Shown here: positions 19,050 through 29,143 of the stretch, one piece after another
Numbering within the stretch: position 1 is the first letter of the stretch
Layout of the letters: every line of letters begins with the position of its first letter
Assembly: GCA_030754595.1 (NCBI GenBank)
Contig: JASLZZ010000098.1
Span: forward strand, 1 to 60,153
Length of the DNA stretch: 60,153 nucleotides
Source of the DNA: Nitrospinota bacterium
GTDB lineage: Bacteria; UBA8248
Direction of reading: 5' to 3'
The notes under the pieces: generated by a model
Seen by the model: only the letters and a program-made list of their open reading frames with translations
What the model was told of the DNA's origin: nothing
Databases searched by the model: none
Translations under genes and position numbers: made by a program

Positions 19050-19931
19050 TCAGGTCACCAGGCTTTCGAGCCGCTCGCAGACTTCGGGCGGAAGCGGGTT
19101 TCCGTCCGAGGCGGCGGCGTTCTCGGCGATGCGCTCGGCCCTGGACGTGGCGGGGATGATGGACGACACCACCGGGTCGGCCAACAGGTGCTTGAGAAGT
19201 CCCTGTCCGGGTGTTTCGCAGCCGTGGTCTTTTAGAAAAGACAGGGCCTCATCTGCTCCGGCACCCAGAAGTTGTCTGACCCCGGTTCCCAGAAGTTGTC
19301 TGCCCCCGCTGGAAGCCTCCACACCCCTCAGCAGGCTTTCCCGCGACATGAGCTGACTGAACGGGCGCATTACGATGACCCCCATGTTCATTTCCCGGGC
19401 GAGCGGAAGCACTTCGGCGCGGCAGGAAGTCTCTCCCATGAAATAAGGAATCTGGATGGTTTCGTAGGCCCCGGTCCGCATGGCTTCCATCACCTCGCCG
19501 TAATTTTTGGGATTGCGGTCGGTGATGCCGATGTGGCGCACAAAACCTTCTTCCTTGAGTCTCTGGAGGGTGTGGGTGATTTCGCGCCAACCCGCCATGT
19601 TGTGAACCTGCAAAAGATCGATGACGTCGGTTCGAAGCAGCTCCAGCGAGCGCTCCACGCTTGAGCGGGCCGAGGCGCCGTCGGTCTGCCATACCTTGGT
19701 GGTGAGGACCACCTCGGCGCGTCTCCCCTCCAGCGCCTTGCCCAAAACGCGCTCCGACTCGCCGTAAACCGGAGCGGTGTCGATGAAGTTTATGTCCCTG
19801 GCCAGCGCATCGTGGATAATCGAAATACAAAGGTCTTCATCGGAAGCCGCCGCCGCGCGGAAGCTCAGGGAGGTGCCCACCCCGATTTCACTGACGCGCA
19901 GACCGGTGCTTCCCAGTGTGCGGTATTCCAT
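19050..19931 (-). CDS. Aldo/keto reductase
   Basis: MEYRTLGSTGLRVSEIG, IDTAPVYG, TTKV, QVHN; AAGGAG RBS. Confidence 0.9.
   Translation of the reverse strand: MEYRTLGSTGLRVSEIGVGTSLSFRAAAASDEDLCISIIHDALARDINFIDTAPVYGESERVLGKALEGRRAEVVLTTKVWQTDGASARSSVERSLELLRTDVIDLLQVHNMAGWREITHTLQRLKEEGFVRHIGITDRNPKNYGEVMEAMRTGAYETIQIPYFMGETSCRAEVLPLAREMNMGVIVMRPFSQLMSRESLLRGVEASSGGRQLLGTGVRQLLGAGADEALSFLKDHGCETPGQGLLKHLLADPVVSSIIPATSRAERIAENAAASDGNPLPPEVCERLESLVT
19264..19311. repeat. 24-bp tandem duplication inside the AKR gene
   Basis: cccagaagttgtctgaccccggtt / cccagaagttgtctgcccccgctg (21/24 identical), encoding RQLLGTGV-RQLLGAGA. Confidence 0.85.
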
Positions 19932-20005
19932 TCCATATCTCCTTGCCGCTGCGCGGTGCTCACGCGGCCGCCAAAGCGCTCCGGAGCCGGGCGCCCGGCC
20001 AGACG

Positions 20006-21187
20006 CTAGGCGCCCAGTTTTTTCCCGATCCAGTCCTGCATGTAAGGGAGGCCAACCGAGATGTAGTCGTTTTGGCAGTGCTGCGCCCCTCCGGTCTCGC
20101 GTGTAAAGATTTTCATGGTTTTGTCCTTGGATCCGACCGCCCTGTAAAGGGCCCTCGCGTCGCGCAACGAGATCTGGCGGTCGTCCTCTCCGTGGGTTAG
20201 CAGGAAGGGGCAGCGCATCTTCTGGACCACGCCGTCCAGGCTGAAATTCTCGAGTTTATCGAGGGCTTCTCTCTCTGATTTCGTGTTGAGAACCCAGTGA
20301 ATATAATCGGTCGGAACGCCCTGGGCCGCTTTTCCCTGGGAATCGAACCGGCCCTTCCAGGTGCCGTGGTAATCCCAAATGGCTCCCCAGGCGACGCAGG
20401 CCTTGAAGCGGCGGTCCATGCTCGCGCATCTGGGAGCGTAATAGCCTCCGAGGCTGACCGCCATGATTCCCGCTTTTTTTGTGTTCACGTCCTTTCGCGT
20501 TTCAAGGTAGTCAATCGCAGCCGATCCGGCGGCCTCGTAGTCGTGGCGCAGATAGCTCTTGTGAAAGCGGATGGCCTCGCCGGTGCCGGGGCCGTCCACA
20601 AAAAGGCAGCTCATCCCGCGGCGGGACAATCCGTCCGCCGCGCGGGTGGAAACGATTTCTTTTGATGTGTCGAGTCCATCGAAAAGAACAACCACGGGGG
20701 GCTTGGCCTTCCGGGTGTTCTCGGCGTGGACGAAGTAGGCCGGAAGTTTTTCGCCGTCATGGGTGATGATCGTCACGTGTTCGGTCCTGGGCCTGTCGGT
20801 TAGGCGAAGGTAGCGGTGGAAGCAATCCACCGATGTCCGGAAGGCGCTAAGCGCCTTTTTGTCCTTTGGTTGTCTGAATCGATCCCCGATTTGATAATAA
20901 AGGCAGGCGCGCTTGAAGTGCGCGGCGGCCGAGAGGCGGTTTCCCCGCCGCTCTTCGGCCATTCCAAGCGCGCGGACCTGGCCGCCCATTTTGATCCACT
21001 CTCGGAACCAGAGTTCGTCGTCTCCAATTCTTTTGCGGAGAACTCGGCCCACCCGGTCCACCTCGCCGATGTCGGATCCGCCCCACTGGGCAGCCGAGAT
21101 GAGCATGCACACCGAGGCGGACCACCGATAATCGTCCGGAAAGTAGGTGAACCATTCGGCTTTCCCAGTTGCTTTGACTGGCGGCAT
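20006..21187 (-). CDS. Alpha/beta hydrolase (FrsA / 2,6-dihydroxypseudooxynicotine hydrolase-like family)
   Basis: FDGLDTSKE, VDGPGTGE, nucleophile AVSLGGYYAPR, HGEDDRQI, GAQHCQ. Confidence 0.85.
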   Translation of the reverse strand: MPPVKATGKAEWFTYFPDDYRWSASVCMLISAAQWGGSDIGEVDRVGRVLRKRIGDDELWFREWIKMGGQVRALGMAEERRGNRLSAAAHFKRACLYYQIGDRFRQPKDKKALSAFRTSVDCFHRYLRLTDRPRTEHVTIITHDGEKLPAYFVHAENTRKAKPPVVVLFDGLDTSKEIVSTRAADGLSRRGMSCLFVDGPGTGEAIRFHKSYLRHDYEAAGSAAIDYLETRKDVNTKKAGIMAVSLGGYYAPRCASMDRRFKACVAWGAIWDYHGTWKGRFDSQGKAAQGVPTDYIHWVLNTKSEREALDKLENFSLDGVVQKMRCPFLLTHGEDDRQISLRDARALYRAVGSKDKTMKIFTRETGGAQHCQNDYISVGLPYMQDWIGKKLGA

Positions 21188-21292
21188 GACGCGCTCTCCT
21201 TATGTTCTCCGGGATTTGTCCGGCGATTCAAAAAATAAAGTTTGTTGTTTGCAGGCCATTATAAATTTTTTCGGTGAAATTATCGCCCATTT

Positions 21293-22423
21293 TTATAGCT
21301 CAAAACCAAGCGATAACCGTTCGTTCAGCCGCCGGGCCTGTTCCAGCACGGCCGGAGTGATGGGAACTCCCTGTCGGCGGTTCTCCTCCTCGGCGATGAC
21401 TTCGAGTTCGCCGGGCGTATAAATCCGGTCATGGCCGGGTGCTTTCTTGGAGCCTCGAATACGCCCGTAGATTTCAGCCATGTGGGCGAAAACCCGGGCT
21501 GGCTCCCGGAATCCGTCCACTTTGATCGCTCCCATGAAGTGACCGGCCGCGGGAAAGGTCGGTCCGGCAGAGGGGAAGGTCTGTCCTTCGGCGCCTCCCT
21601 CGTTTTCTTCTTTCATGTCCTGAGTGCCGGACCCGGAAAGGATGCTGCAAAGAAGCTCGACCATGAGAGAAAGCGCGAATCCTTTGTGGCCTCCCGTCTC
21701 AGTGCCCTCACCTCCCAGCGGTAGGAGGGGAACCTCGAAGGGAAGGATTCCCCGCTCATCAAGCCGAAGAGGGCCATACGCCTCGGGTACCCATCCCTTG
21801 GGGATGGGTTTTTCTTCTCGGAGAAGGGTTTCAATTTTCCCCCGGGCCACCGTGGATGTGGCGATATCCAGGTGGAAAATTTCACCGTCCGGCCCTCCGG
21901 GGATAGCGATGCTAAAAGGGTTTGTCCCCAGTGTCGGCTCAACTCCGAACGTGGGCGTGACGAACCGGCCGCCGTTGGTCATGCAAAGACCGATGAAGCC
22001 GCGGTCCATGGCTTTTTTCGCCCAGTAGCCGGGGTAGCCCATGTGGCTGCTGTTGCAGACGGCGACGAAGCCCGTTCCCTGTTCCTCGGCCATGGAGATG
22101 GCTTTCTCCATGGCGATGTTCGAGGCGACAGGCCCCAATCCGTTTTCGGCGTCGAGGACCCCAGTCGTATTGCTGCCGGTTTTGAAAAGATAGCTCGAAT
22201 TCTTGTTGATTCCGCCCCTCTCCAGAGTGTCCACCAGTATGGGCAGGCGGCCCATCCCGTGGCTTCGCACTCCCCGGAGGTCGGCGCTGATGAGGACATC
22301 GGCCGTCAGGCGCGCATGCACATCGGGGACTCCCACGGCACGGATCGCCGCGGCGATGAAGTCCCGGATGAATTCGTGTGGGAAGCGAACAGTGCCTTCG
22401 GGCAGTGTGCTGGATTCAACCAT
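21293..22423 (-). CDS. Ldh_2 (type 2 malate/L-lactate/ureidoglycolate-like) dehydrogenase family protein
   Basis: ADLRGVRSHG, NSSHMG, LGTNPF, DIATS..ARGK, GGHKG, PGELE; GGAGG RBS before ATG 22423. Confidence 0.9.
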   Translation of the reverse strand: MVESSTLPEGTVRFPHEFIRDFIAAAIRAVGVPDVHARLTADVLISADLRGVRSHGMGRLPILVDTLERGGINKNSSYLFKTGSNTTGVLDAENGLGPVASNIAMEKAISMAEEQGTGFVAVCNSSHMGYPGYWAKKAMDRGFIGLCMTNGGRFVTPTFGVEPTLGTNPFSIAIPGGPDGEIFHLDIATSTVARGKIETLLREEKPIPKGWVPEAYGPLRLDERGILPFEVPLLPLGGEGTETGGHKGFALSLMVELLCSILSGSGTQDMKEENEGGAEGQTFPSAGPTFPAAGHFMGAIKVDGFREPARVFAHMAEIYGRIRGSKKAPGHDRIYTPGELEVIAEEENRRQGVPITPAVLEQARRLNERLSLGFEL

Positions 22424-22581
22424 GAAAACCTCCATGAAAAGAAGAATCATAATGAAATCGCGGGCCTGAAAAGGCGTTGCGCCCGCTTCGGCAGGCTAAG
22501 GCTCCCCGATTTTGCCGATTTCAGAGATAATATCAGGATTAACGACATCCATGCCAAAATCAACTCGGGGAGGGGTTTTCA

Positions 22582-23571
22582 ATGCGCACATCTCAAATCG
22601 AGATGGAGGAGATTTTTATCGATGCGCTTGATCCGGATATTCGGCTCGAGCTTCGGGGAAAGAGACATAAGGGGATGGATCGCTTCGAGGCCGCCTCAAC
22701 CCTTTTAATGGTCGCTGGACGGGGCGGGCCGGGCCCGGTTTCCTTCGACTTGTCGGTGCCCGGTTACTCCTGGATGGATTGGATGGCCGCCCGGGGCTGG
22801 GATGTGTGGACGCTCTCTTTCCGTGGGTTTGGCCGCTCAACCAAGCCCCCCGAGATTCTTGGGGACCCGGCGGGAAAGCCGCCGGCCATCCGGGGCCGAA
22901 CGGCCGCGCGCGATGTCGAGGCGGCGGTGGAATATATTTGCAGGCGGCGCGGGGTGGACCGGGTAAATCTATTGGGGTGGTCCTGGGGGACCACGATCAG
23001 CCCGGCCTACACGGCGGAGCACAACGAGCGTGTGGGCCGGCTGGCTCTATACGCACCTTATTATGCCTACGACAATCCGGCCCGGGCCGCGCAATTCGAG
23101 GATCCGGCCCGTCCCGGGGAATGGGACGCTAGGCGGGGGGCGTGGATTTGGGAGACCGCGGAGAATGTCCGGCGCAGATGGTGGGGCCACATTGAAGGGG
23201 ACGCCCATCACGCCTGGCGGGACGAGCGTGTCGTTCAGGCCTACATGGCGGACCGGTTTCGGCTCGACCCCGAGGGGGAAACCCGGAGCCCGCCGGCCAT
23301 CCGGACGCCGAACGGCTCCTACCTCGATGCCTACGAGCGGTCCAAAAATATGCCCATCTACGATGCTGCGAAAGTGGAGCGTCCCGTGTTACTCATTTAC
23401 GGCGACCAGGACGGGGCCGCCAATGAGACAGAGGCCTGGGGACTTTACGGGAAACTCACGTCCAGCCCGGAGAAACGATACATCGTCGTCAGCGACGCGA
23501 CTCATTTCCTCCAGTACGAATATCGCCGTGAGGTGCTGTTCAAGGAGGTGCAACTCTTTCTGGAGGGTTAA
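22582..23571 (+). CDS. Alpha/beta fold hydrolase
   Basis: RGFGRS, GWSWG nucleophile motif, IYGDQD, ATHF. Confidence 0.85.
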   Translation: MRTSQIEMEEIFIDALDPDIRLELRGKRHKGMDRFEAASTLLMVAGRGGPGPVSFDLSVPGYSWMDWMAARGWDVWTLSFRGFGRSTKPPEILGDPAGKPPAIRGRTAARDVEAAVEYICRRRGVDRVNLLGWSWGTTISPAYTAEHNERVGRLALYAPYYAYDNPARAAQFEDPARPGEWDARRGAWIWETAENVRRRWWGHIEGDAHHAWRDERVVQAYMADRFRLDPEGETRSPPAIRTPNGSYLDAYERSKNMPIYDAAKVERPVLLIYGDQDGAANETEAWGLYGKLTSSPEKRYIVVSDATHFLQYEYRREVLFKEVQLFLEG

Positions 23572-23682
23572 GTGAGTCTTTTTTTCCGGGGAGGGTTTTC
23601 CTTTCCGGCGCGGTGTGAAAAAAATCTGCCGGGGGTATAATCGTTTTACCCGGCCTCGGCTGGCTCCCGTTTCGATCATCCC

Positions 23683-24585
23683 TTGTCGTCTCTGAGAGAG
23701 TTTCACTTGACCCTGGAAACCCAAACCATTCTTTTGGCCCTTCTGGGCGCCTTCATCATGTCGCTGACGAATATCACTCTTACGATTCCGCTCAGGAATA
23801 TGGGCTCGTTCGCCCTTGTCCAGTTGAACAATGTCGGCAACGTCGTCCTCCTCGGCGCTATCGGATTGTGGAGATTTGATTCGGAAGGGTTTCGGTGGGA
23901 AGCATTCGCCTGGTTCGCGCTTTTGGGAGTTATTAATTTCAGCCTCAATCGCTGGATTTTTTATACGGGCCTGAACGTGATGGGTCCCTCGCGGCATATC
24001 ACCATTGGCAGCCTGACGCCTCTTCTGAGCCTCGGTTTCGCCGTGTTTCTTCTGGGCGAGCGCCCGGGCGAGTTTGTTCTGGCTGGTACTTTTCTGGTGG
24101 TTGCCGGCGCCGTGGCGGTGAGTTACGAGCGCACGGAAGGCAGATGGTTCCGGCCGGGGATCGGCTGGTCGGTCACGAGTGTGCTGTTTTTTTCGTTCAG
24201 CGTATATGTGCGGCACCGGGGGATGAGTTATATGGCCGCTCCCGCGTTGCTCACCGCGTGGGGGGCGCTGGTGGCCATTCCGACCGGGGAGTTGATCCGG
24301 CCCCTGCTGCCGAAACGTTTTTTCGAATGGGGAGACGCCAAACGGGTTTCCCACTTGATTTTGCTCGGCGCCCTCCTGAACGGCATCGGCCAGATCACAG
24401 TCAACCAGGCGATGAGAGGAAAGCTCTCGCTCGCCGTTCCTATCTTGAGTTCCTCACCGGTATTCGTGCTTTTGCTTTCGGCGTTGTTTTTGCGAAAAAT
24501 CGAGCTGTTGAACCGGCGGGTGGTCATCGGCGTTCTCATCGCTGTGGCCGGGATGATTATAATCGGGATAGGCCGCCACAATTGA
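23683..24585 (+). CDS. DMT/EamA family transporter (start may be TTG at 23707)
   Basis: About ten hydrophobic segments in two repeats; LTPLLS..AVFLLGE; SSSPVF..LSALFL. Confidence 0.85.
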   Translation: MSSLREFHLTLETQTILLALLGAFIMSLTNITLTIPLRNMGSFALVQLNNVGNVVLLGAIGLWRFDSEGFRWEAFAWFALLGVINFSLNRWIFYTGLNVMGPSRHITIGSLTPLLSLGFAVFLLGERPGEFVLAGTFLVVAGAVAVSYERTEGRWFRPGIGWSVTSVLFFSFSVYVRHRGMSYMAAPALLTAWGALVAIPTGELIRPLLPKRFFEWGDAKRVSHLILLGALLNGIGQITVNQAMRGKLSLAVPILSSSPVFVLLLSALFLRKIELLNRRVVIGVLIAVAGMIIIGIGRHN

Positions 24586-24636
24586 CACCGCCGGGCGGGG
24601 TTGAGACCTTCATGATTTCAGGAATGGAGAATGAAT

Positions 24637-25815
24637 ATGGATTTTTCCCTCACCGACACCCAGCGCGCACTCCAGGAGCTTGCCCACGATTTCGCCGAGA
24701 AGGAAATTCGCCCGGTCGCCCGCGAACGCGAGCGGATCGATGATCCGGCCGAGCGCTTTCCCTGGGACATCCTGGAGAAGGGGAGCCGGATCGGCCTTCG
24801 GACGCTTTCACTGCCCGAGGGGAGGGGCGGCGGGGGCGCCAACATCCTCGACCTATGCATTGTCGGCGAGGAGATTGCCTGGGGCGACCTCGGGGTGGCC
24901 GTCACCTTCGATCAGACCTGGAAAATCATCCATTTTCTCGACCGCGTCTGGAACGAGGAGCAGCGACGCCGGTATCTCCCGGCTTTTTTGGAGGATCATC
25001 GCTTCCACCTTGCGGTGGGGATGACTGAACCCAACGTCGGGTCGGATAATTTCACTCCTCACGACAGCCCGGACCTCGGCGCTCGGACCCGGGCCGTCCG
25101 CAACGGCGGCAACTGGGTGATCAACGGGATGAAGCATTTTATCAGCAACGGGGGGATCGCCAAGCTCTATACGCTGGTGACGCGGTCGGACCCCTCGGTG
25201 GGCGTCTCGGAGGGGCTCACCTACTTCATGGTTTCACCCGGTCAGGAGGGATTTTCCATCGGGCGCGTGCACGAGAAGATGGGCCAGCGCCTTTCCCAGA
25301 ATGCCGAACTCATCTTCGAGAACTGCCGGGTCCCCGACGCCGACCGAGTGTCCGAGGTGGGCGGCGGAGTGCGGGCCAGATCGGGCTCTTTCTCAAGAGG
25401 CTCTGTGATCGAGTCGGCGGCCACCGTGCTGGGGCCCGCGCGGGCTGCCTACGAGGATGCCCTCGATTACGCGCGAAACCGGGTCCAGGGCGGAAAACCA
25501 ATCATCGAGCATCAGGGAGTGGGTTTCATGCTGGCCGATTGCTTCGCCGACTATCAGGCGGCTCGCCAGATTCTGCACTACGCCGCGTGGATGGCCATGC
25601 AGGATGAAGGGTATGACCCGAAGCTGGGGTATATGGCGAAGGCGTTCGCCTCCGAGGCGTGTTTTCGCATCGCCAAGCGCGCCCTTGAGGTGTGGGGCGG
25701 GATGGGTTACATGACCGAGGCCCCGATGGAGAAGTACCTGCGCGATGTGACGAGCTTCCTCCACTCGGCCGGAACGAACGAGGCGCAGCGCGTCCGGGCG
25801 ATGCCATACCTTTAG
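24637..25815 (+). CDS. Acyl-CoA dehydrogenase family protein (paralog of 5237-6430; no canonical catalytic Glu)
   Basis: MDFSLTD, MTEPNVGSD, INGMKHFISNG, KMGQR, RVQGGKPIIEHQ, WGGMGY. Confidence 0.9.
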   Translation: MDFSLTDTQRALQELAHDFAEKEIRPVARERERIDDPAERFPWDILEKGSRIGLRTLSLPEGRGGGGANILDLCIVGEEIAWGDLGVAVTFDQTWKIIHFLDRVWNEEQRRRYLPAFLEDHRFHLAVGMTEPNVGSDNFTPHDSPDLGARTRAVRNGGNWVINGMKHFISNGGIAKLYTLVTRSDPSVGVSEGLTYFMVSPGQEGFSIGRVHEKMGQRLSQNAELIFENCRVPDADRVSEVGGGVRARSGSFSRGSVIESAATVLGPARAAYEDALDYARNRVQGGKPIIEHQGVGFMLADCFADYQAARQILHYAAWMAMQDEGYDPKLGYMAKAFASEACFRIAKRALEVWGGMGYMTEAPMEKYLRDVTSFLHSAGTNEAQRVRAMPYL

Positions 25816-25901
25816 TTCACCTGGTTCGCCCGATCGTTCGTCCGGTCGAAGCCGCGCTCGTTTTTCTGAGCCATCCAAACTTCACCGCCGTGCCGGTTTC
25901 T

Positions 25902-27056
25902 CTATCCCATGAGCTCCATGTAGATTTTCTTCATGTCCTTTTCGTCCGCCGGAAGCGGGTTCGTCTGGACGGTCGCGCTCTTGGCGGCGTCGATGGCCAT
26001 GCGGTCCAGATATTCCTCTTTCACTCCGATGGCCGACAGCGAGGGAGGAATCCCGATGTCGTGGGCGATGGCCCGGACGCTCTCGATGGCGGCCTCCGCC
26101 GAGGCGGAGCCGCCCGGGCCGCCCGGTTCCGCGAGTAGGGGCGCCATCCGGGTGTAGGTCTCCCGCATCGCCGGCAGATTGAACGTCATGACCGCCGCCA
26201 GGAGGATACCGTTGGTGGTGCCGTGATGGCCGCCGAAGAAGTTGAAGACCGGATGCGTAAGGCCGTGGACAATCCCCAGGCCGGTGTTCGTGAACGAGGC
26301 GCCCGCCAGCGTCGCGGCGAGGGCAATCGGCCCGGCGGCGGCGAGGTCGGTCGGGTTGTCCACAAAGGCCCTGGCGTTCCGTCCGATGAGGGCGATGGCC
26401 TGCATGCTCAGGGCCTCGGTCCAGGGATTCGATTGGAGAGAGCCGATGGATTCGATGGCGTGGGTAAGAGCGTCCATCAGGGCCCCGGCCGCGAAGCGCC
26501 GCGGCAGCGTGGCGAGGAGGGAGGGGTCCACAACGGCGACATCGGCGTAAAGGGTGTCGCTGTGAATGCTGGCCTTCGACTGGCGTTCCACGTCGGTGAC
26601 GATCGAGGCGCGGGTCACTTCGCTCCCGGTGCCCGCCGTGGTGGGGACGGTGATGAAAGGAGGAACGCGGTTGGCCGGTTTGTCGGCTCCGTAATAATCG
26701 CTGAGTTTCCCCCCGTTTGTCACTAGAATCCCCATGGCTTTGGCGGTGTCGATGGCGCTGCCCCCGCCCACGGCCACCATTCCGCCGCAATCGTTCAATT
26801 CGTAAAATTCCCTGGCGCGCAAAATGCTCTCGTCCGAAGGGTTGGTCTCGGCCTGCTCGAATAGATGATGGCCCGGTACGGTATTTTCTAGGCCCTCGAC
26901 AATCGGCGTGAGGACACCGGCGTCGGAAAGACCGGGGTCCGTGAGCAGCATGGGGTGCTTCATTCCAAGGGCGGCTGCTTCCTCGCCGACGAAAGCGGCT
27001 TCTCCCGAGCCAAAACGCACTCTTGGACCCGAGGCGATTTGAAATGGCTTGATCAT
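25902..27056 (-). CDS. Iron-containing alcohol dehydrogenase
   Basis: GGGSAIDTAK, VPTTAGTGSE, DALTHAIE, VHGLTH, HHG, NP. Confidence 0.93.
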   Translation of the reverse strand: MIKPFQIASGPRVRFGSGEAAFVGEEAAALGMKHPMLLTDPGLSDAGVLTPIVEGLENTVPGHHLFEQAETNPSDESILRAREFYELNDCGGMVAVGGGSAIDTAKAMGILVTNGGKLSDYYGADKPANRVPPFITVPTTAGTGSEVTRASIVTDVERQSKASIHSDTLYADVAVVDPSLLATLPRRFAAGALMDALTHAIESIGSLQSNPWTEALSMQAIALIGRNARAFVDNPTDLAAAGPIALAATLAGASFTNTGLGIVHGLTHPVFNFFGGHHGTTNGILLAAVMTFNLPAMRETYTRMAPLLAEPGGPGGSASAEAAIESVRAIAHDIGIPPSLSAIGVKEEYLDRMAIDAAKSATVQTNPLPADEKDMKKIYMELMG

Positions 27057-27480
27057 GGGATTCCTCCTGAACCCGGCGAACGAATGAGGCGGAGAATATT
27101 CTTCCCGCGAAGGTTTTGAATAAGAGTTCCTTTAAATCGGCCGGAGATTAGACACCATAGGCTTCTCGGAAGGTGATTTCAATTTTCCGTTGGCTCATCT
27201 ATTTCGGACGGGTATTCCGGACAAAGGGCGAGGGCTTTTGATAGCGGACAAAAGCGGATTTGCAAAGGGGAGTTTCGTGTCCGCCGAAAAGCGGGGGATT
27301 TTCGCCACTTTCCTTCATTAACAAAGAATTCCGGGTTTGGGTTTGGCGCAGGCCTTCTTCGGCGTTTTTCCGTGTATTGCGAATTGTCGTTCAAGCGGCT
27401 ATTGATATTTCTCGGGTCCATGCTTTGGACCCAAGGAATTTCCCGACATTAATCTCCTATTTGAGAGAAGGAGCGTTCCA

Positions 27481-28200
27481 ATGGCATACCGAATCGAAAC
27501 GACCGAAGTGCAAGGAAGCCAGATGGAAGTATTTTTATTCGAGCCCGAGGGGAACGGTCCGCATCCGGGGCTGGTGCTCTGTCAGCATATTCCCGGCCAT
27601 CAGGGGATTGAGCAGGATCCCTTCACCCTGAAGAGAGCCGAGCGTTACGCCGATAACGGTTTCGCGGTTTCGATCCCTTTTCTGTATCACTGGTGGTTCA
27701 AGGATGATGAAATGCAGATCAAGCGCGATGAATTTCGGGACGATTGGACCGCCCCCGATCTGACCGAGGGCTTTGAAGTATTGGCCGCGCTCGACAATGT
27801 GGACAGCGAGCGAATCGGAATTGTCGGTCACTGCTGGGGAGGGCGAGTGAGCTGGCTGGGCGCTTGCACAAACTCCTGCTACAAGGCTTGTGCGGTATTC
27901 TATGGCGGCTGAGTCAAGGAGGTGCGGGGAAAAGGCAATCCGCCCGCCATCGAACTCGCGGGGAACATTCCGTGTTCGGTCATCGGATTTTTTGGAAACG
28001 ACGATAGGAACCCCTCTCCGGCGGATGTGGATGACTACGAAACGGCCTTCCAAAAAGCCGGAATCGAGCACACCTTTCACCGCTACGACGGAGCGGGCCA
28101 TGCCTTCCAGTGGGAGGACAACCCGGATCGATACGGCGCGTCGGCGAGTGACGACGCCTGGGATAAGGCGCTTGCGTTTTTCGGAGAAAAACTCAAATAG
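27481..28200 (+). pseudogene. Dienelactone hydrolase family protein interrupted by in-frame TGA (27910-27912)
   Basis: GHCWGG nucleophile motif; FYGG*VKE continues in frame to GFFGNDD and YDGAGHAF..DAW. Confidence 0.85.
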
Positions 28201-28242
28201 CCTGCGGCTCGAGGCCACCGGCCTCAAATCAAGGAGAAAATC

Positions 28243-28770
28243 ATGGAAGGCGCTGAACTCATTGCCGAAGCCCTTGGAAGGGTGAACGCCATATTACACC
28301 GATCGCTAGAGGGAACTCCGGCCGATATGCTTTGCCGGATGCCCGCGCCTCACGCCAACTCCATGGCCTGGACCGCTTGGCATCTAACCCGGGTCCAGGA
28401 CGACCATATTTCGGATTTGGCGGAGCTGCCCGAGTTGTGGACCAGCGCCGGCTGGCACACCCGCTTCGACATGGAACCCGACGACGCCGAAACCGGGCAG
28501 GGGCACACATTCGATGAGGTGGCTGCTTTCAAGGTGGAGTCGGCCGAGGTGTTGCTCGCTTATCAAGATGCCGTCTACGAGCGAAGCAAGGAGTATCTGG
28601 CCGGGTTGAAACTGGCCGACCTGGTTCGTGAGCTCGACGAGCCGCAGTACGACCCTCTGCCTACGGTGGGGGTGCGGCTGGTGAGCATCGTTTCGGACAA
28701 TACTCAGCACGCCGGGCAGGTTGCCTATCTGCGCGGCTACTTCGAGGAAAAACGCTGGGGCCGGGCCTAG
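28243..28770 (+). CDS. DinB/thiol-S-transferase superfamily protein
   Basis: NSMAWTAWHL.RVQD, W..AGW..RF, TVGVRLVS..D..QHAGQ..YLRG; AAGGAG RBS. Confidence 0.85.
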   Translation: MEGAELIAEALGRVNAILHRSLEGTPADMLCRMPAPHANSMAWTAWHLTRVQDDHISDLAELPELWTSAGWHTRFDMEPDDAETGQGHTFDEVAAFKVESAEVLLAYQDAVYERSKEYLAGLKLADLVRELDEPQYDPLPTVGVRLVSIVSDNTQHAGQVAYLRGYFEEKRWGRA

Positions 28771-28876
28771 GCCTCACCGCCGCTTTGATGCCGCAGGGTG
28801 GATGTTCGCCGGATAAGTTCCGTCTGTGGATAGCGAATGAATAACGGGGATTTTTTTGTTCTGTATTCATTACTCC

Positions 28877-28910
28877 AAAGCCCCGAGCCGCTATGGTTCG
28901 GGGCTTTTTT
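28877..28910 (+). terminator. Rho-independent terminator
   Basis: Stem AAAGCCCCGAGCC/GGTTCGGGGCTTT followed by a T-run. Confidence 0.75.
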
Positions 28911-29143
28911 CGGTCTGAGGCAGAGCGCCAATAAGAAAATGAAAAAAATTCAATATTGCCTGCCTCCGTGAATTTCCTGGTCGATTCATTGTTGTTAAGA
29001 GTAGGGTTGAATCTTCTGGAGGAATTAACATTTATCATTCCTTGAAATTATCTTTATGCGCCGGGTGTTTCCTGGATATACAAGTGCGCGTGAGCTATCG
29101 ATTGAGCCGCTGGCCTGCATAATGGTCCGAAAGGAGACTCCCT

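Noticed and set aside
27261..27312. PAS/PAC-like remnant GEFRVRRKAGDFRHF
   Set aside because: Too short to distinguish from chance without a search.
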